Notes under the pieces: generated by a model | The model's input: the letters and a program-made list of their open reading frames with translations, nothing else | What the model was told of the DNA's origin: nothing | Database searches by the model: none | Made by a program: the position numbers and the translations under genes | DNA from: Tubulanus polymorphus | Taxonomy: Eukaryota > Animalia > Nemertea | Direction: 5' to 3' | Length of the DNA: 64,000 nt | Assembly: GCF_964204645.1 (NCBI RefSeq) | Contig: NC_134025.1 | Location: 16,839,101-16,903,100, forward strand | Shown: piece after piece, positions 49,372 to 60,148 of the stretch | How the letters are laid out: each line of letters starts with the position of its first letter | How positions within the stretch are numbered: position 1 is the stretch's first letter

Positions 49372-49941
49372 TTAATTTTTTGTTTCGACGTTTGGTTGTA
49401 GTACATCTGTTTCATTCTTACCTGATTTATATTCCATAGACTTGATATTCGAAAATGTAATGACACCAGTAGAAATTAATGTCATAACCGATCCTAATTG
49501 AAATGAAGCATAACCAACCCATTTTTGTAATTCAGTCATAACTAAATAGTCATTTTTCAAATCACTATATAATTTATTTTCATCATCAATTGGCATTAAC
49601 TGGTTACATAATTTTGAATAACATTTGACAATACCATCTGAAATAGAATCATTTATTCTAGCTAATCTTGCTTCTTCATAAATCTTAAAATATTTTATTA
49701 CTTTATCTGGTTTCATAGCATCTAATTCTTGAAAAGTAATGATTCTATTTAAAAACTCCTTAGTTTTTCCACCGGCAATCAATAGTTCTAGATGATGCTT
49801 ACAATATAAATAGTATTCATAATCAATATTACAATTAACTTGAGCACAATTAGTTACAACTGTATCGTTATTATCACTTATACCCAAATCATCTAATGTC
49901 TTTTCAATATCAATACTATTCTTATTAGATTTCTTTGACAT
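49372..49941 (-). CDS. Conserved Polinton hypothetical protein
   Basis: Homologue of 5357-5962. Confidence 0.85.
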   Translation of the reverse strand: MSKKSNKNSIDIEKTLDDLGISDNNDTVVTNCAQVNCNIDYEYYLYCKHHLELLIAGGKTKEFLNRIITFQELDAMKPDKVIKYFKIYEEARLARINDSISDGIVKCYSKLCNQLMPIDDENKLYSDLKNDYLVMTELQKWVGYASFQLGSVMTLISTGVITFSNIKSMEYKSGKNETDVLQPNVETKN

Positions 49942-50353
49942 TTATATTAGAGAAAAAAAGCAAAAAAATATTATAAGTATTCTTCAAATGATACTAGCTA
50001 GTTAAAGCTAAAGAATTCTAGTATTGACTACTGATACTAGCTATTTGAATTTAAAGAATTTCTATTTGAATCTATTCAAAATATAAAGTATTCTCTTTTG
50101 AAAAGAAAATATTAGAAATATAATAGAATTCACTAGCTAGTTGAAGTTATTGTTTTTTTATTATATTTTATTTGAATTCTATTTGATATCTCACTACTTT
50201 TGTTTATCTATTAGGAGCAGTAATTATAACCGTCCAGATAAGTCATTTCGGATCCTTGATATCAAATTCCTCAACGTATTGTTCATTATTTGGATCATTG
50301 TTCCATTGATCAATAAATTTCTTTGCCTTTGTTAACTGTTCTAAAGATAACTG

Positions 50354-50917
50354 TTAATCTAGTTTATTAGATTTAATTATGTTTTCCTTCTTTTCTAAAG
50401 GTCTTAAATTCTTCCAATTCCAAATAAGTTTTTTATTGTATTCATCATTCATGTTAAATTTAGATATTGGTAACACGTGATCAATATGGTAATAATCCCC
50501 ATAATTATCTATATTCATTTTATCATCGAATTGAAATATAATCCATGATTTGAGAAATTCATCTGAACAACCCAATAAATTAGATAGTGTTTCTGAATGT
50601 GTTTCTTTGTTGAATAATTGTGTTAATCTAGATCTTAAGCATTGTTTCAATCTAAAATTAAGATCTGTTTGATATCTTTCTCTCATATATTCTGCCATAT
50701 AATAATTATAATGTTCTATATTATCTTCTCGATATTGTTTAGTATATAGTTTAGTGCAAGTTTTACAGCAATATTGAAAACCATCTTTGCTAATCTTACG
50801 CTTACTAAATTCTGTTAATGATTTATCTAATTCACACTTAGAACACTTCTTGTAATATATATTTATAACACCAGTATTATTTGTAATATTGATAATTTGT
50901 GGTTGTTCTGGTTCCAT
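50354..50917 (-). CDS. HNH endonuclease with N-terminal zinc ribbon
   Basis: KKCSKC..CKTC; YHIDHVLPIS..NLRPL..ENIIKSNK. Confidence 0.85.
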   Translation of the reverse strand: MEPEQPQIINITNNTGVINIYYKKCSKCELDKSLTEFSKRKISKDGFQYCCKTCTKLYTKQYREDNIEHYNYYMAEYMRERYQTDLNFRLKQCLRSRLTQLFNKETHSETLSNLLGCSDEFLKSWIIFQFDDKMNIDNYGDYYHIDHVLPISKFNMNDEYNKKLIWNWKNLRPLEKKENIIKSNKLD

Positions 50918-51054
50918 TTATTATATGTATTTTTTACTAAATTGGTTAATATTTTAGAATCCTCTTCCATTTCTTCGACCAACGTCATCCTTTTTCATTC
51001 CTCGCTGCTTTTGATAAGTTGTTTCGATTCCTTGATATCTAAATCATACCACTG

Positions 51055-51410
51055 GGCAAAACCGCGCATTCGTGCGCGCTTTTGATCAATGCGCATGCGC
51101 TAATCATAATTATATTTACATAACGAATATATAATTATGTAAATAGAAACGACCGAACACAGAAAATATCAAAACGTGTTCGCATTAGGCAAACCGCGCA
51201 TTCATGCGCGCTTTTGCTAAATGCGCATGCGCTAATCCTAATTATATATTCATTCTGTAAATTCTGTAAAATAGAAACGACCGAACACAGAAAATATCAA
51301 AACGTGTTCGCATTAGGCAAACCGCGCATTCATGCGCGCTTTTGATCAATGCGCATGCGCTAATCCTAATTATATATTCATTCTGAATAGAAACGACCGA
51401 ACATAAAAAT
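51055..51410. repeat. Three ~130-bp GC-containing tandem repeats with TGCGCATGCGC
   Basis: Units start at ~51056, 51188 and 51316. Confidence 0.9.
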
Positions 51411-52065
51411 TCACCAAACAGATTTACACAATACATTATACAAGTTGTTCGGCCGTTTCTTCCAATACATCATTTGATTTCTATAAATACAATTTATAAT
51501 TACAAGCATTTTTTCAATTGCCGGTAAATATTTAACAACAACAACAAATGTTAAACTTAATCATTGGAGTCTTAATGTTTTTGCAATTCTTATATAGTTT
51601 CTTCATCGATCTTTTGTGATTCTATTGGTTTGATATCCATTGCTGTTGATTCCTCAGTCAGAAAGAGTATCTTGAGTTTCTCTATCACTTCTTGATGCGT
51701 ATGGCGTTTTATTAATCTAAAAGATATTAGCGGTAACTCTAGCTATCTAAAACATATACTAAATACACTTAAATATATCTAAAGGTTTCATATTTAATAG
51801 CCATAATAACTACAACAAACAGTACTTACATTTAGATTTAGAATTGTAAACTATAAACTCCTAATTTCGTTTCGAGAGATAGAATATCCTGAGCACAATG
51901 TTACAGCGTATGTTCATTTCTTGCCACGTCATCTGGTTCCGGTTCTAGAGTGTTCTCTGCACGTTTGTAATAATGAGTCATAAGTCTCGGCGTCATAGTA
52001 ACAGCTGTAACAGCTGTGAATTTATAGATTTATTCCATAGCTCTTTACATTGAATGTATATAGGT

Positions 52066-52317
52066 TCAAATAGAATCATGTTCTAGTATAAACATCGGAT
52101 CCTTGATGTCAAATTCCTCAACGTATTGTTCATTATTTGGATCATTATTCCATAATTCAATAAATTTCTTTGCCTTTGTTAACTGTTCTGAATATAACTG
52201 TAAATATTCAAGTTTCAATTTATTCTCTAAATGTGTTTTAGTTTTATTGTGTCTTGCTTTTTGGGATTTATCTATATTGATATTACATGTTGGACAGTAG
52301 TACTTATTTGCTTCCAT
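52066..52317 (-). CDS. Short zinc-finger ORF starting in the right TIR
   Basis: First 38 aa identical to 35355-35894, then a different C-terminus. Confidence 0.6.
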   Translation of the reverse strand: MEANKYYCPTCNINIDKSQKARHNKTKTHLENKLKLEYLQLYSEQLTKAKKFIELWNNDPNNEQYVEEFDIKDPMFILEHDSI

Positions 52318-52801
52318 TTTAATACTAAATTTTTTATTAAAATTGATTTTAGAAGTTCAATGATTTAAATGTTATTCATTCATATGAATATTTTAAGAGT
52401 AATAGGGGTAATGGGCTTTCATATCAAAGGTTGAATGGTCGAGTTCATTAATAACAAATATTAAAAGTAATTTAAAACTATAATATATTTGCATAACCGT
52501 GTGTATTTCAGTTGAATAATAGAATAATTATTATTATTTGAATATATTTGATTATATGAATTTGTGTATTGTAAATAAATAAATTGGTCGCGGAGCGGAG
52601 CGGTTGCGAAGTGGAGCGACCAATTGATTTAATACAATATGCTTTTTAAATTATTGATATCTTAGAATAAATATTTAGTTTTAATATAAAATGCACACGG
52701 TTATGAAAATATATTATAGTTTTAAATTACTTTTAATGTTTTGTTTTTGAATGAGCTCGACCGTTCGACCTTTGGTATGAAAGCCCATTACCCCTATTAC
52801 T
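52204..52801 (-). repeat. Right terminal inverted repeat (hairpin 52398-52801)
   Basis: Reverse complement of 34871-35468. Confidence 0.95.
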
Positions 52802-53247
52802 TATGTCGAACCGATTGACGAGCAACTGGCGGCCTCTCGTAGGCCGCTAGTTGCCGCTAATCGGCGATAAACCCAGTTGCGTCGGTAGGCGTCGCGTTGC
52901 TTGTCGACATACGCCAGCCTTAAGAGGACGTCAATGGGACGTCAAGATGGAATTAAGTCTGGATTACGTCACTTTGATGCCGTATGGAGGACGTCAAGAA
53001 ATTAACGTAATTTTGACGAAATAAAAATACGTCTTAAATGATGTCGAGAAAACTTTCATTTTTTACTCAAAATCCAACGTCTGGTTTTGCTGTTTTAAGG
53101 ACGTAATGAAAACGTAAAAATGCCTAGTGGGACTGAATTGCTGATGAAATTTTGAATCTAAAACAATGATATTTAATGTTATTGATTGAACCATTTACGC
53201 CGAGAGGTGCGGATCTGCACTTTTACTGAAATCCTGCGTATGGCCCA

Positions 53248-53316
53248 GGGAGGGAGGGAGGGAGGGAGGGAGGGAGGGAGGGAGGGAGGGAGGGAGGGAG
53301 GGAGGGAGGGAGGGAG
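53248..53316. repeat. (GGGA)n microsatellite
   Basis: Direct read. Confidence 0.95.
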
Positions 53317-53879
53317 TAAAGCATAATATGTATTTAATACCATTAATACGTATTTAATACCATTAATACGTATTTGATATGTATTTAATACATTGATACC
53401 TCAACCCCCTTTTTGGTTAACTAATATTTCAGACAATATTTCATACATTTCAACTAATTTAACAGTCTTATTCGTGATTTATTTCATTTAGTTTATGAAT
53501 ATACAATGTACACAATTTAATACTTAAACAGTTAAACAATCTAGCGGGTTCATTGTAATCCTCTTTTATTAATGATAAGTGTAAATACATAATTGAATAT
53601 GATTTATACTTTTCCAAATATTTATAATAAATCTGTTAGATAAATAGATATTGAAACAGAAATATATATGATAAAACTATTTATGTACTAGACGTACGAG
53701 TAAGAATCCAAGATTCTTACTTTCTTGGCAAGAATCTTACTTTCTTACTCGTACGTCTAGTACATAGATATATAAATTAGTTTTTATAAAAATCATAAAT
53801 ATAAATTATTAATCTAAATATTGAAATAGTTATAATATTATCTATTTTTATATTTTCAACCAATTTAACAGTCTTATTC

Positions 53880-54182
53880 TCAATTTGAATTATACAGTTT
53901 ATCATCTAATTCATGAATATATTTATGATTTCTCAAACTCTTTTTATTTTTATATCTTTTATTACAAATTTCACAACACTTAATATTATTCAATCTATCT
54001 GAAATATAATTCATATTTTCTATTAATTCAGTGTATCTAATTTTACAGCAATCATAGAATTCTAACAACTGTTTTATAGTATAAACTGAGAATGAAAATA
54101 AACCTGTAAGCATAATAATTGATTTAATATTCTGTTGATTTTTATATATTAGATGTAATAAGTTTAATATATTTTCACTCAT
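53880..54182 (-). CDS. Small protein with hydrophobic segment and C-terminal C2H2 finger
   Basis: CEICNKRYKNKKSLRNHKYIH; likely start MSENIL. Confidence 0.6.
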   Translation of the reverse strand: MSENILNLLHLIYKNQQNIKSIIMLTGLFSFSVYTIKQLLEFYDCCKIRYTELIENMNYISDRLNNIKCCEICNKRYKNKKSLRNHKYIHELDDKLYNSN

Positions 54183-54220
54183 TTTTATAGTCAAAATATA
54201 TGAAATTAAAAGATGCTGTT

Positions 54221-54439
54221 TTAATCCTCTAAATCATTTTCTAAATTAACTTTTTTATTCTTTTTATTTCTGTGATTGTTTCCATTTAACTTCTTTAATC
54301 TTTTACTCAATTTATTATTTTCATTCATCAAATCTTTTGAAATATTCTCATAGTAAAAATATAATGCTGCTAATATTAAACCTCCAGCAACTAAATAATG
54401 TTTCAAATCACTTTTCCCAGTTGGGATGAAACCATCCAT
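54221..54439 (-). CDS. Small single-TM protein
   Basis: YLVAGGLILAALYFYY; T5-N8-TAAATG start. Confidence 0.6.
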   Translation of the reverse strand: MDGFIPTGKSDLKHYLVAGGLILAALYFYYENISKDLMNENNKLSKRLKKLNGNNHRNKKNKKVNLENDLED

Positions 54440-54563
54440 TTATTTAAGAGAAAAATTAAACAGTTTATAAAATATTTGCTAGTTTTTAATTAAATATTTT
54501 ATAATCATTTTTAAAATATTAAACTTTTAAATGATTAAATCAAATAACAATTAAATTTACAGC

Positions 54564-54975
54564 CAAACAATTTAACATTTCAACTGTCAAACAATTTATC
54601 ATTTCAACTGTCAAACAATTTATCATTTCAACTGTCAAACAATTTATCATTTCAACTGTCAAACAATTTATCATTTCAACTGTCAAACAATTTATCACTT
54701 CAACTGTCAAACAATTTATCATTTCAACTGTCAAACAATTTATCATTTCAACTATCATTTCAACTGTCAAACAATTTAACATTTCAACTGTCAAACAATT
54801 TATCATTTCAACTGTCAAACAATTTATCATTTCAACTGTCAAACAATTTATCATTTCAACTGTCAAACAATTTATCATTTCAACTGTCTTGTCATTTCAA
54901 CTGTCAAACAATTTATCATTTCAACTGTCAAACAATTTATCATTTCAACTGTCAAACAATTTATTATTTTAACAG
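54564..54975. repeat. 24-bp tandem repeat (atttcaactgtcaaacaatttatc), about 16-17 copies
   Basis: Direct read, highly homogeneous. Confidence 0.95.
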
Positions 54976-55029
54976 TCTATTAGATATTTAAATCATTTAA
55001 CTCAATTCAATAATTATAATGTTGAATTG

Positions 55030-55650
55030 TTACTCTTTACACCAGTTTTTATGTTTAATTGTTTCATAATGCTTTGATTTATGTGATTTTAAATATTTAC
55101 CTCCGCAATAACAATGCACTTTTTCATTAGGATTGAATTTTCTAAATTCATCTCCTAAACTACATTGAACTGCAATATCTTTAAATGATTTTTCATTATC
55201 TAATTCACATTGAATTCCAATATTTGATGAATTTTCATTAAAGATAATTTGTTTATTATCAAAATTGAAATAATATAATTGTCTTTTTTCAATTCTTAAG
55301 TTAATCAAATCATTGTAATCTTTTGAAAGTATTATATCACTTTTTCTTTCATTGAAAGGGGTTTGAAGTATATTTATTATGTTTTCATCTAAAGTTCCTT
55401 TAAAATTTAAAACTGTATTGAATACTTTAGGATTTTTAACACCATTATCAGAAGTATCAATTAGTTTAGTAATTAAATATGTTTCATTTGATAATATTTG
55501 ATTAATCATAGTTATGTTATCGATTTTATAATGTCTTGCAGACACTAAATTTGTTGCTGAAATATAATTTCTAATGTTAAACTGTGAAAATGATTTATTG
55601 GTTTCATTGATTTCGATTTTAAAGTTGGGTTCTTCTTCTTCTTTCTTCAT
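55030..55650 (-). CDS. Hypothetical protein with C-terminal zinc finger
   Basis: CYCGGKYLKSHKSKHYETIKH; start MKKEEEE follows the palindromic motif. Confidence 0.7.
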   Translation of the reverse strand: MKKEEEEPNFKIEINETNKSFSQFNIRNYISATNLVSARHYKIDNITMINQILSNETYLITKLIDTSDNGVKNPKVFNTVLNFKGTLDENIINILQTPFNERKSDIILSKDYNDLINLRIEKRQLYYFNFDNKQIIFNENSSNIGIQCELDNEKSFKDIAVQCSLGDEFRKFNPNEKVHCYCGGKYLKSHKSKHYETIKHKNWCKE

Positions 55651-56089
55651 TTTAATAACAAAACTTTTATTAAAATGAATCCAACGCATATAAATATAAA
55701 TATTCACGGTTTTAAATATGAATTATTTCACTCACACTTTTGTATTGAATAATCTATCAATTTATATGTTATTCATATATATTTTATTCATTTATATGAA
55801 TATTTTAAGAGTAATAGGGGTAATGGGCTTTCAGGTTAAAGGTTGAATGGTCGAGCTCATAAAAAATGAAAAATATGCCTTAAAATAACTACAGATTTTT
55901 TCCACACCGTACACATGAATTTATACGTTTATCAAAGACGACAAAGAATAAGGACATAAATTCAACCAACAGGATATTGAAGGGCAGTGGATCAAAATAT
56001 TTAAGTTCCATATATTGGTAGCACAAAAGAAGTCTACTTAAGCAGCTGAACCACTGACCTTTAAAAAGTGAGCACTTGATTTTATAATT

Positions 56090-58339
56090 TATCAACTAGT
56101 GTTCTCAATATATCGAGTTTTGCATTTTCACTCTGTTGCAACTCCTCTCCTTGTTTTTTAATTAGATAGATCAAACAGCTTTTCAGTATCTTACTTGCGT
56201 GACTTTTCGTGCTCCTCCATTATTTTCATAATTTTAGATTGTCTTTCAGATAACCTACTGGTGGACCTTTTTTCCCAGTACTCTGAACCTGTGGAACTGG
56301 AACGTTAGCCTCTAATTGATCTGCTGAGTCCTCCTCAGTTGACAAATTGTTATCATTATCCGAAAGATCTGATAAAGTTTAAACTGTTTAAGTTGAAACT
56401 GTGTATTTAGGCTGAGTATTGGGTTTGGCCCCCAAATATTCATTTAACTCCTCAAAAAAGGGTGATTTCTTAGGCTCTCTGCCGGTCTTGTTATTGTGAT
56501 CGACTGCCTTACGATACTGTAGCAGCAGATGTCTTAAGCTGCAACCACGTATAAAAGTAGTTGTGTTTTTTCATGGTTTCAGCTATTCTTTGCCAGACAT
56601 CTTTTTTGCCTGTTTTCTTATTTGCAAAACGTACTGCATTTTCTTGGTGCAGCTGTATCAACAGGGTTACTGCCCCTTTGGACATGGTAACATTTTCTAA
56701 AGAAATTTGAAAAAAAATAGTATGAATTGATAATACATTTTAAAAGCTGTTAAGTGTTGAAATGCTAATAGATAAAATACCGGTAAATACATGTATACTA
56801 CATATCTTGATTAGAGAGGGTAAAAGCTAATCCAGAATGCCACTTTCAAAATAAATATAGGTCCTAAGTTTTTTTTGAGTTGCACGATTAGTTTGCATGT
56901 CATAGGATGCCATTATCAACAATTGACTGGTGATTGTTACCCACAATATTGATGTGATGTATTTTCAATTCAGGAATTTTCTTGATCCATAATTTGTAAT
57001 GTAAAATCTGAAAACTCGGCTCTACAACTATATACATGGCAAATGCTATACAGCTAATATTTTGTCAATTTAATCTCACCTGAACTGTTGTTTTCATTAG
57101 TGAGAGAATTGTCTACTGGGGTAATGCTCCTCGACCGCGACATCTCACAACTGCTGCTTGTACCTGGTTGTGGGTAATTAAATGAATGGAAATCAATACT
57201 GCTGTTTGTAGTAAGAGGTGTTTCAGGCTGAGGGTCTTTTTTTTGTAAGTGAATCAGACTGCGCCAAATAATTAGACCGAATTGCTCTAAGCGCTTCGAG
57301 ATCTGAAAAAATAAAATCCAAAAATAATTCTAAATATGCCCGCCATACATTATGTACAGGCTATGTTATAAATTGGGCCCAGGTTCCACTAATGAAATTT
57401 TCCTTAGTAACAGAAATTTAAAGGAACAAATAGGCTATTCCTTCAAGGCAGTGACTGATTTACGAATTATCAGCCTTTTTTTTACTGAAATGTATATGTT
57501 TTTAGCAGCATTTTATTAGAACCAGCTGTAGGAACTATAATTTAAAACGACAGTCCATTTGCAAGCACAGCAAGCCAGTTGGAATATGAGTATCAATAAT
57601 GCATACCACCAGATATCGCCTTTGTGTATGTTTCTGGATCACACAGAACTTCAACAAATTCCCCATCCATTTCTAGTACCATCTGCAATCTACAAAAATG
57701 ATGGAGACACAAATCAAATCATGGCTATTGGCCTACTCCATCTACTCTACTAGTAGAAGGCTCTAGAACTTAAAATAGTAATAACAGTAGCAACAACATC
57801 CCCCAACCTGGTCCAGCACCAGGGCCAGATATGCTCTCATCAATTCTAAGCCTAAGGCCCCTAAAACGTCTCCTTACAACAACATTACACGTCATTGAAC
57901 ACTTGTGTTTATAAGTCATTCTTCAATTCAATTCCAATCATCAATGTTTTGTTTTGTTATGTTATATCTTAACCAACCAAATGTATAAATGCTTATAGTA
58001 CGGCGCAATAAATATAAGTTCAAGTTTACTGTCAATGAAAACCTCCAGGTAACAATGACACTTGTACAGACAATCAACACGCCTTAAAATGTGCCAGCAA
58101 TAAAACTTACGAGTCACACATTTCTTCACCATGTTCACCGGCGGCGGGGTGCTTGGAGGACGCCATGTTGGTTAAATCTCCACTAACTTGCTCGCCGAGC
58201 AAGTTAGTCGATTTAATAAATCGATTTACTAAACCGCGTCCGTGAACGAGTTGATTTACCAAATCCGATTCACTAAACCGCGTGCCGTAAACGTGAAACT
58301 AAGATCGATTTACAAAGATTCAGTTTCGTAAAAGCGCCT
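56090..58339 (-). mobile_element. Harbinger-like element remnant carrying a decayed spliced Myb/SANT-like gene
   Basis: TIR at 58324-58339 shared with the 29440 MITE; ATG at 58166 followed by a gtaag donor; exon ~56450-56690 reads LLIQL..KKDVWQRIA and YRKAVDHNNKTGREPKKSPFFEELNEIFG. Confidence 0.6.
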
Positions 58340-59668
58340 TTTATGTCCGTATATTAATACGGTACTAGAGGGGTCGATCGTCGATCGATAGTACTTTTCG
58401 TGAAATAGGACGGGTATTGCCCAATGATTACAGTGCCGTCGGAACAGAGGCGGCAGGGGCGGCTAAAGCCGCCCCACTTTTTTGCTTAACAAATATTTTT
58501 TCAAAAGCACGCTGTACCGCGTAGCAGCTCGTCGTTCTCTGTACTAGGTGGTTGGCTCACGACTTCTCATGCTTCTGCGATTGAGACCGTAAAATGGCCC
58601 CAAAACGCATCTCCGGCGATTGAATTTCAAAATTTTTCTAGGGGAGGGCCCCCAGACCACCCTTTAGAAATAAGCCTCGCCACTGAAAAATTCCTTCCGA
58701 TGGCTCTTCATTAAGGCGATTAATGATTAAGGAGGGGAGGGAAGAAATCGGCGACAGTGCTAGTACCCGAGTGGAACTCAGTCTCTGCAGATTATCGTCT
58801 AACGGCTGACCGGCAAATCCCATACTTCGTTCTCTTCGTAGTTCCGTGGACCAATATACCATTCCCGTAGGTAGTCGAACCATTGACATCAGACGTCATC
58901 TCCATTCACCGGCAAATCTCGTAGGCGGCTGTACCATCCACACCAGTAACCCTCGTCGTCTTCAATAGCCTAGCTATCCGGACCATCAAGCGGACTGAGA
59001 CCAAAAGAACCTACCGAATACCAGTCACCATCGCCAAAATCCACCCACCCGGGGACGGGAATTAACTTAGGTAGGCCTAATAAAAAGCAACGTAATTCAA
59101 TCAATATCCCCCCAAGGAAAGGAAACCCGGTCCCCGTCGGGACGCGGGCGGTATAACTTGCTTACATTGTAACTTAGAACGTAGTATTCGTTGGTCAGTA
59201 TCTAGAGCTGAATTGAAACCATGCGTATGTCGACGCTCAGGTCAGAATGCCAAACTAGCGCGCTGCCCGCCTTATAGCCTATAGGGCTCAAAGTCCCCGC
59301 GTTGTCCTGATTGGCTATCCGCCTTTGTCCCCGCTACGCTCCCAATAGGTTAAAAATCTCGTGGTACAGCGTGACGTCACGATTACGCGTGATTGACCGT
59401 CGTCAACAACGACGCTCGATCGATCGGAACCTTCAAGCATAGATTTATTTATAAGAACTCCGGTCCGAGTAGAGCATTAAAAGCTCAGAAAAAGAGATTT
59501 ATTATCATGAGAATATTTAACTTTCAATTAGTTTAAAAAAATGCAGTTCACCGAAAGGGGGAGCACTCGAGCGGTCGGCACCGCGGAGTCCCGAATTGAA
59601 CCGGCCCGAATCCGGGAGCTACTCGATCGACTCTACTAAAGCGGAATTCATACATCACAATATAATCT

Positions 59669-60148
59669 AATGTCTATTTCAACTTGGCTTGAGAGCATTC
59701 CAGGTGGCCTAGCTCAGTCAGTTTTGGTGGTACATACCTGATACAGGTCTTAACAGGACCAGAATGCATTTGGCAGTCGACCTAAATCATCATTTTTTAA
59801 TCCATTTGAAACTGTATTGAGGGATATCCAAAAAATCTGCATTGAGAGGGGTTCCTGAGAGAAAAGAGACTCCATGATTTGAAAGTTTAACAATATGTTT
59901 CCATGCCTACCAACTGAAATTTGATACGTAGGCATGGAAACATATTGTTAAACTTTCAAATCATGGAGTCACTTCTCTGGACTTTTTGGATATCCTTCAA
60001 TACAGTTTCAAATGGATTAAAAAATGATGATTTAGGTCGACTGCCTGTCCTTTCTGGTCCTATTAAGACCTTTATCAGGTATGTACTACCAAAAATTAGC
60101 GAGCTAGGCCACCTGGAATGCTCTCAAGTCATGTTGAAATAGACATTA
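59669..60148. mobile_element. ~480-bp foldback (nearly fully palindromic) MITE
   Basis: taatgtctatttcaac...gttgaaatagacatta arms pair almost to the centre near 59918; related fragment at ~22355-22505. Confidence 0.8.

Larger units (their letters stand above)
34871..52801 (+). mobile_element. Complete Polinton/Maverick (adintovirus-like endogenous virus) copy B, 17,931 bp
   Basis: AGTAAT...ATTACT termini, ~598-bp TIRs, 6-bp TSD TATGTC (34865-34870, 52802-52807), pPolB + integrase + ATPase + MCP + penton. Confidence 0.97.
53400..55870 (-). mobile_element. Polinton-related fragment C (boundaries approximate)
   Basis: Very AT-rich; same start motifs; 55795-55862 matches the inner hairpin arm of the copy B TIR with its flank. 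Confidence 0.7.

Noticed and set aside
53248-53316. (GGGA)n G-quadruplex as a functional part of the viral system
   Set aside because: Outside the TSD-defined element; a common microsatellite with no supporting evidence
54540-54878. 112-aa MINCLTVE repeat ORF or CRISPR-like array
   Set aside because: Head-to-tail 24-bp repeat with no unique spacers; the ORF is a by-product of the period being a multiple of three
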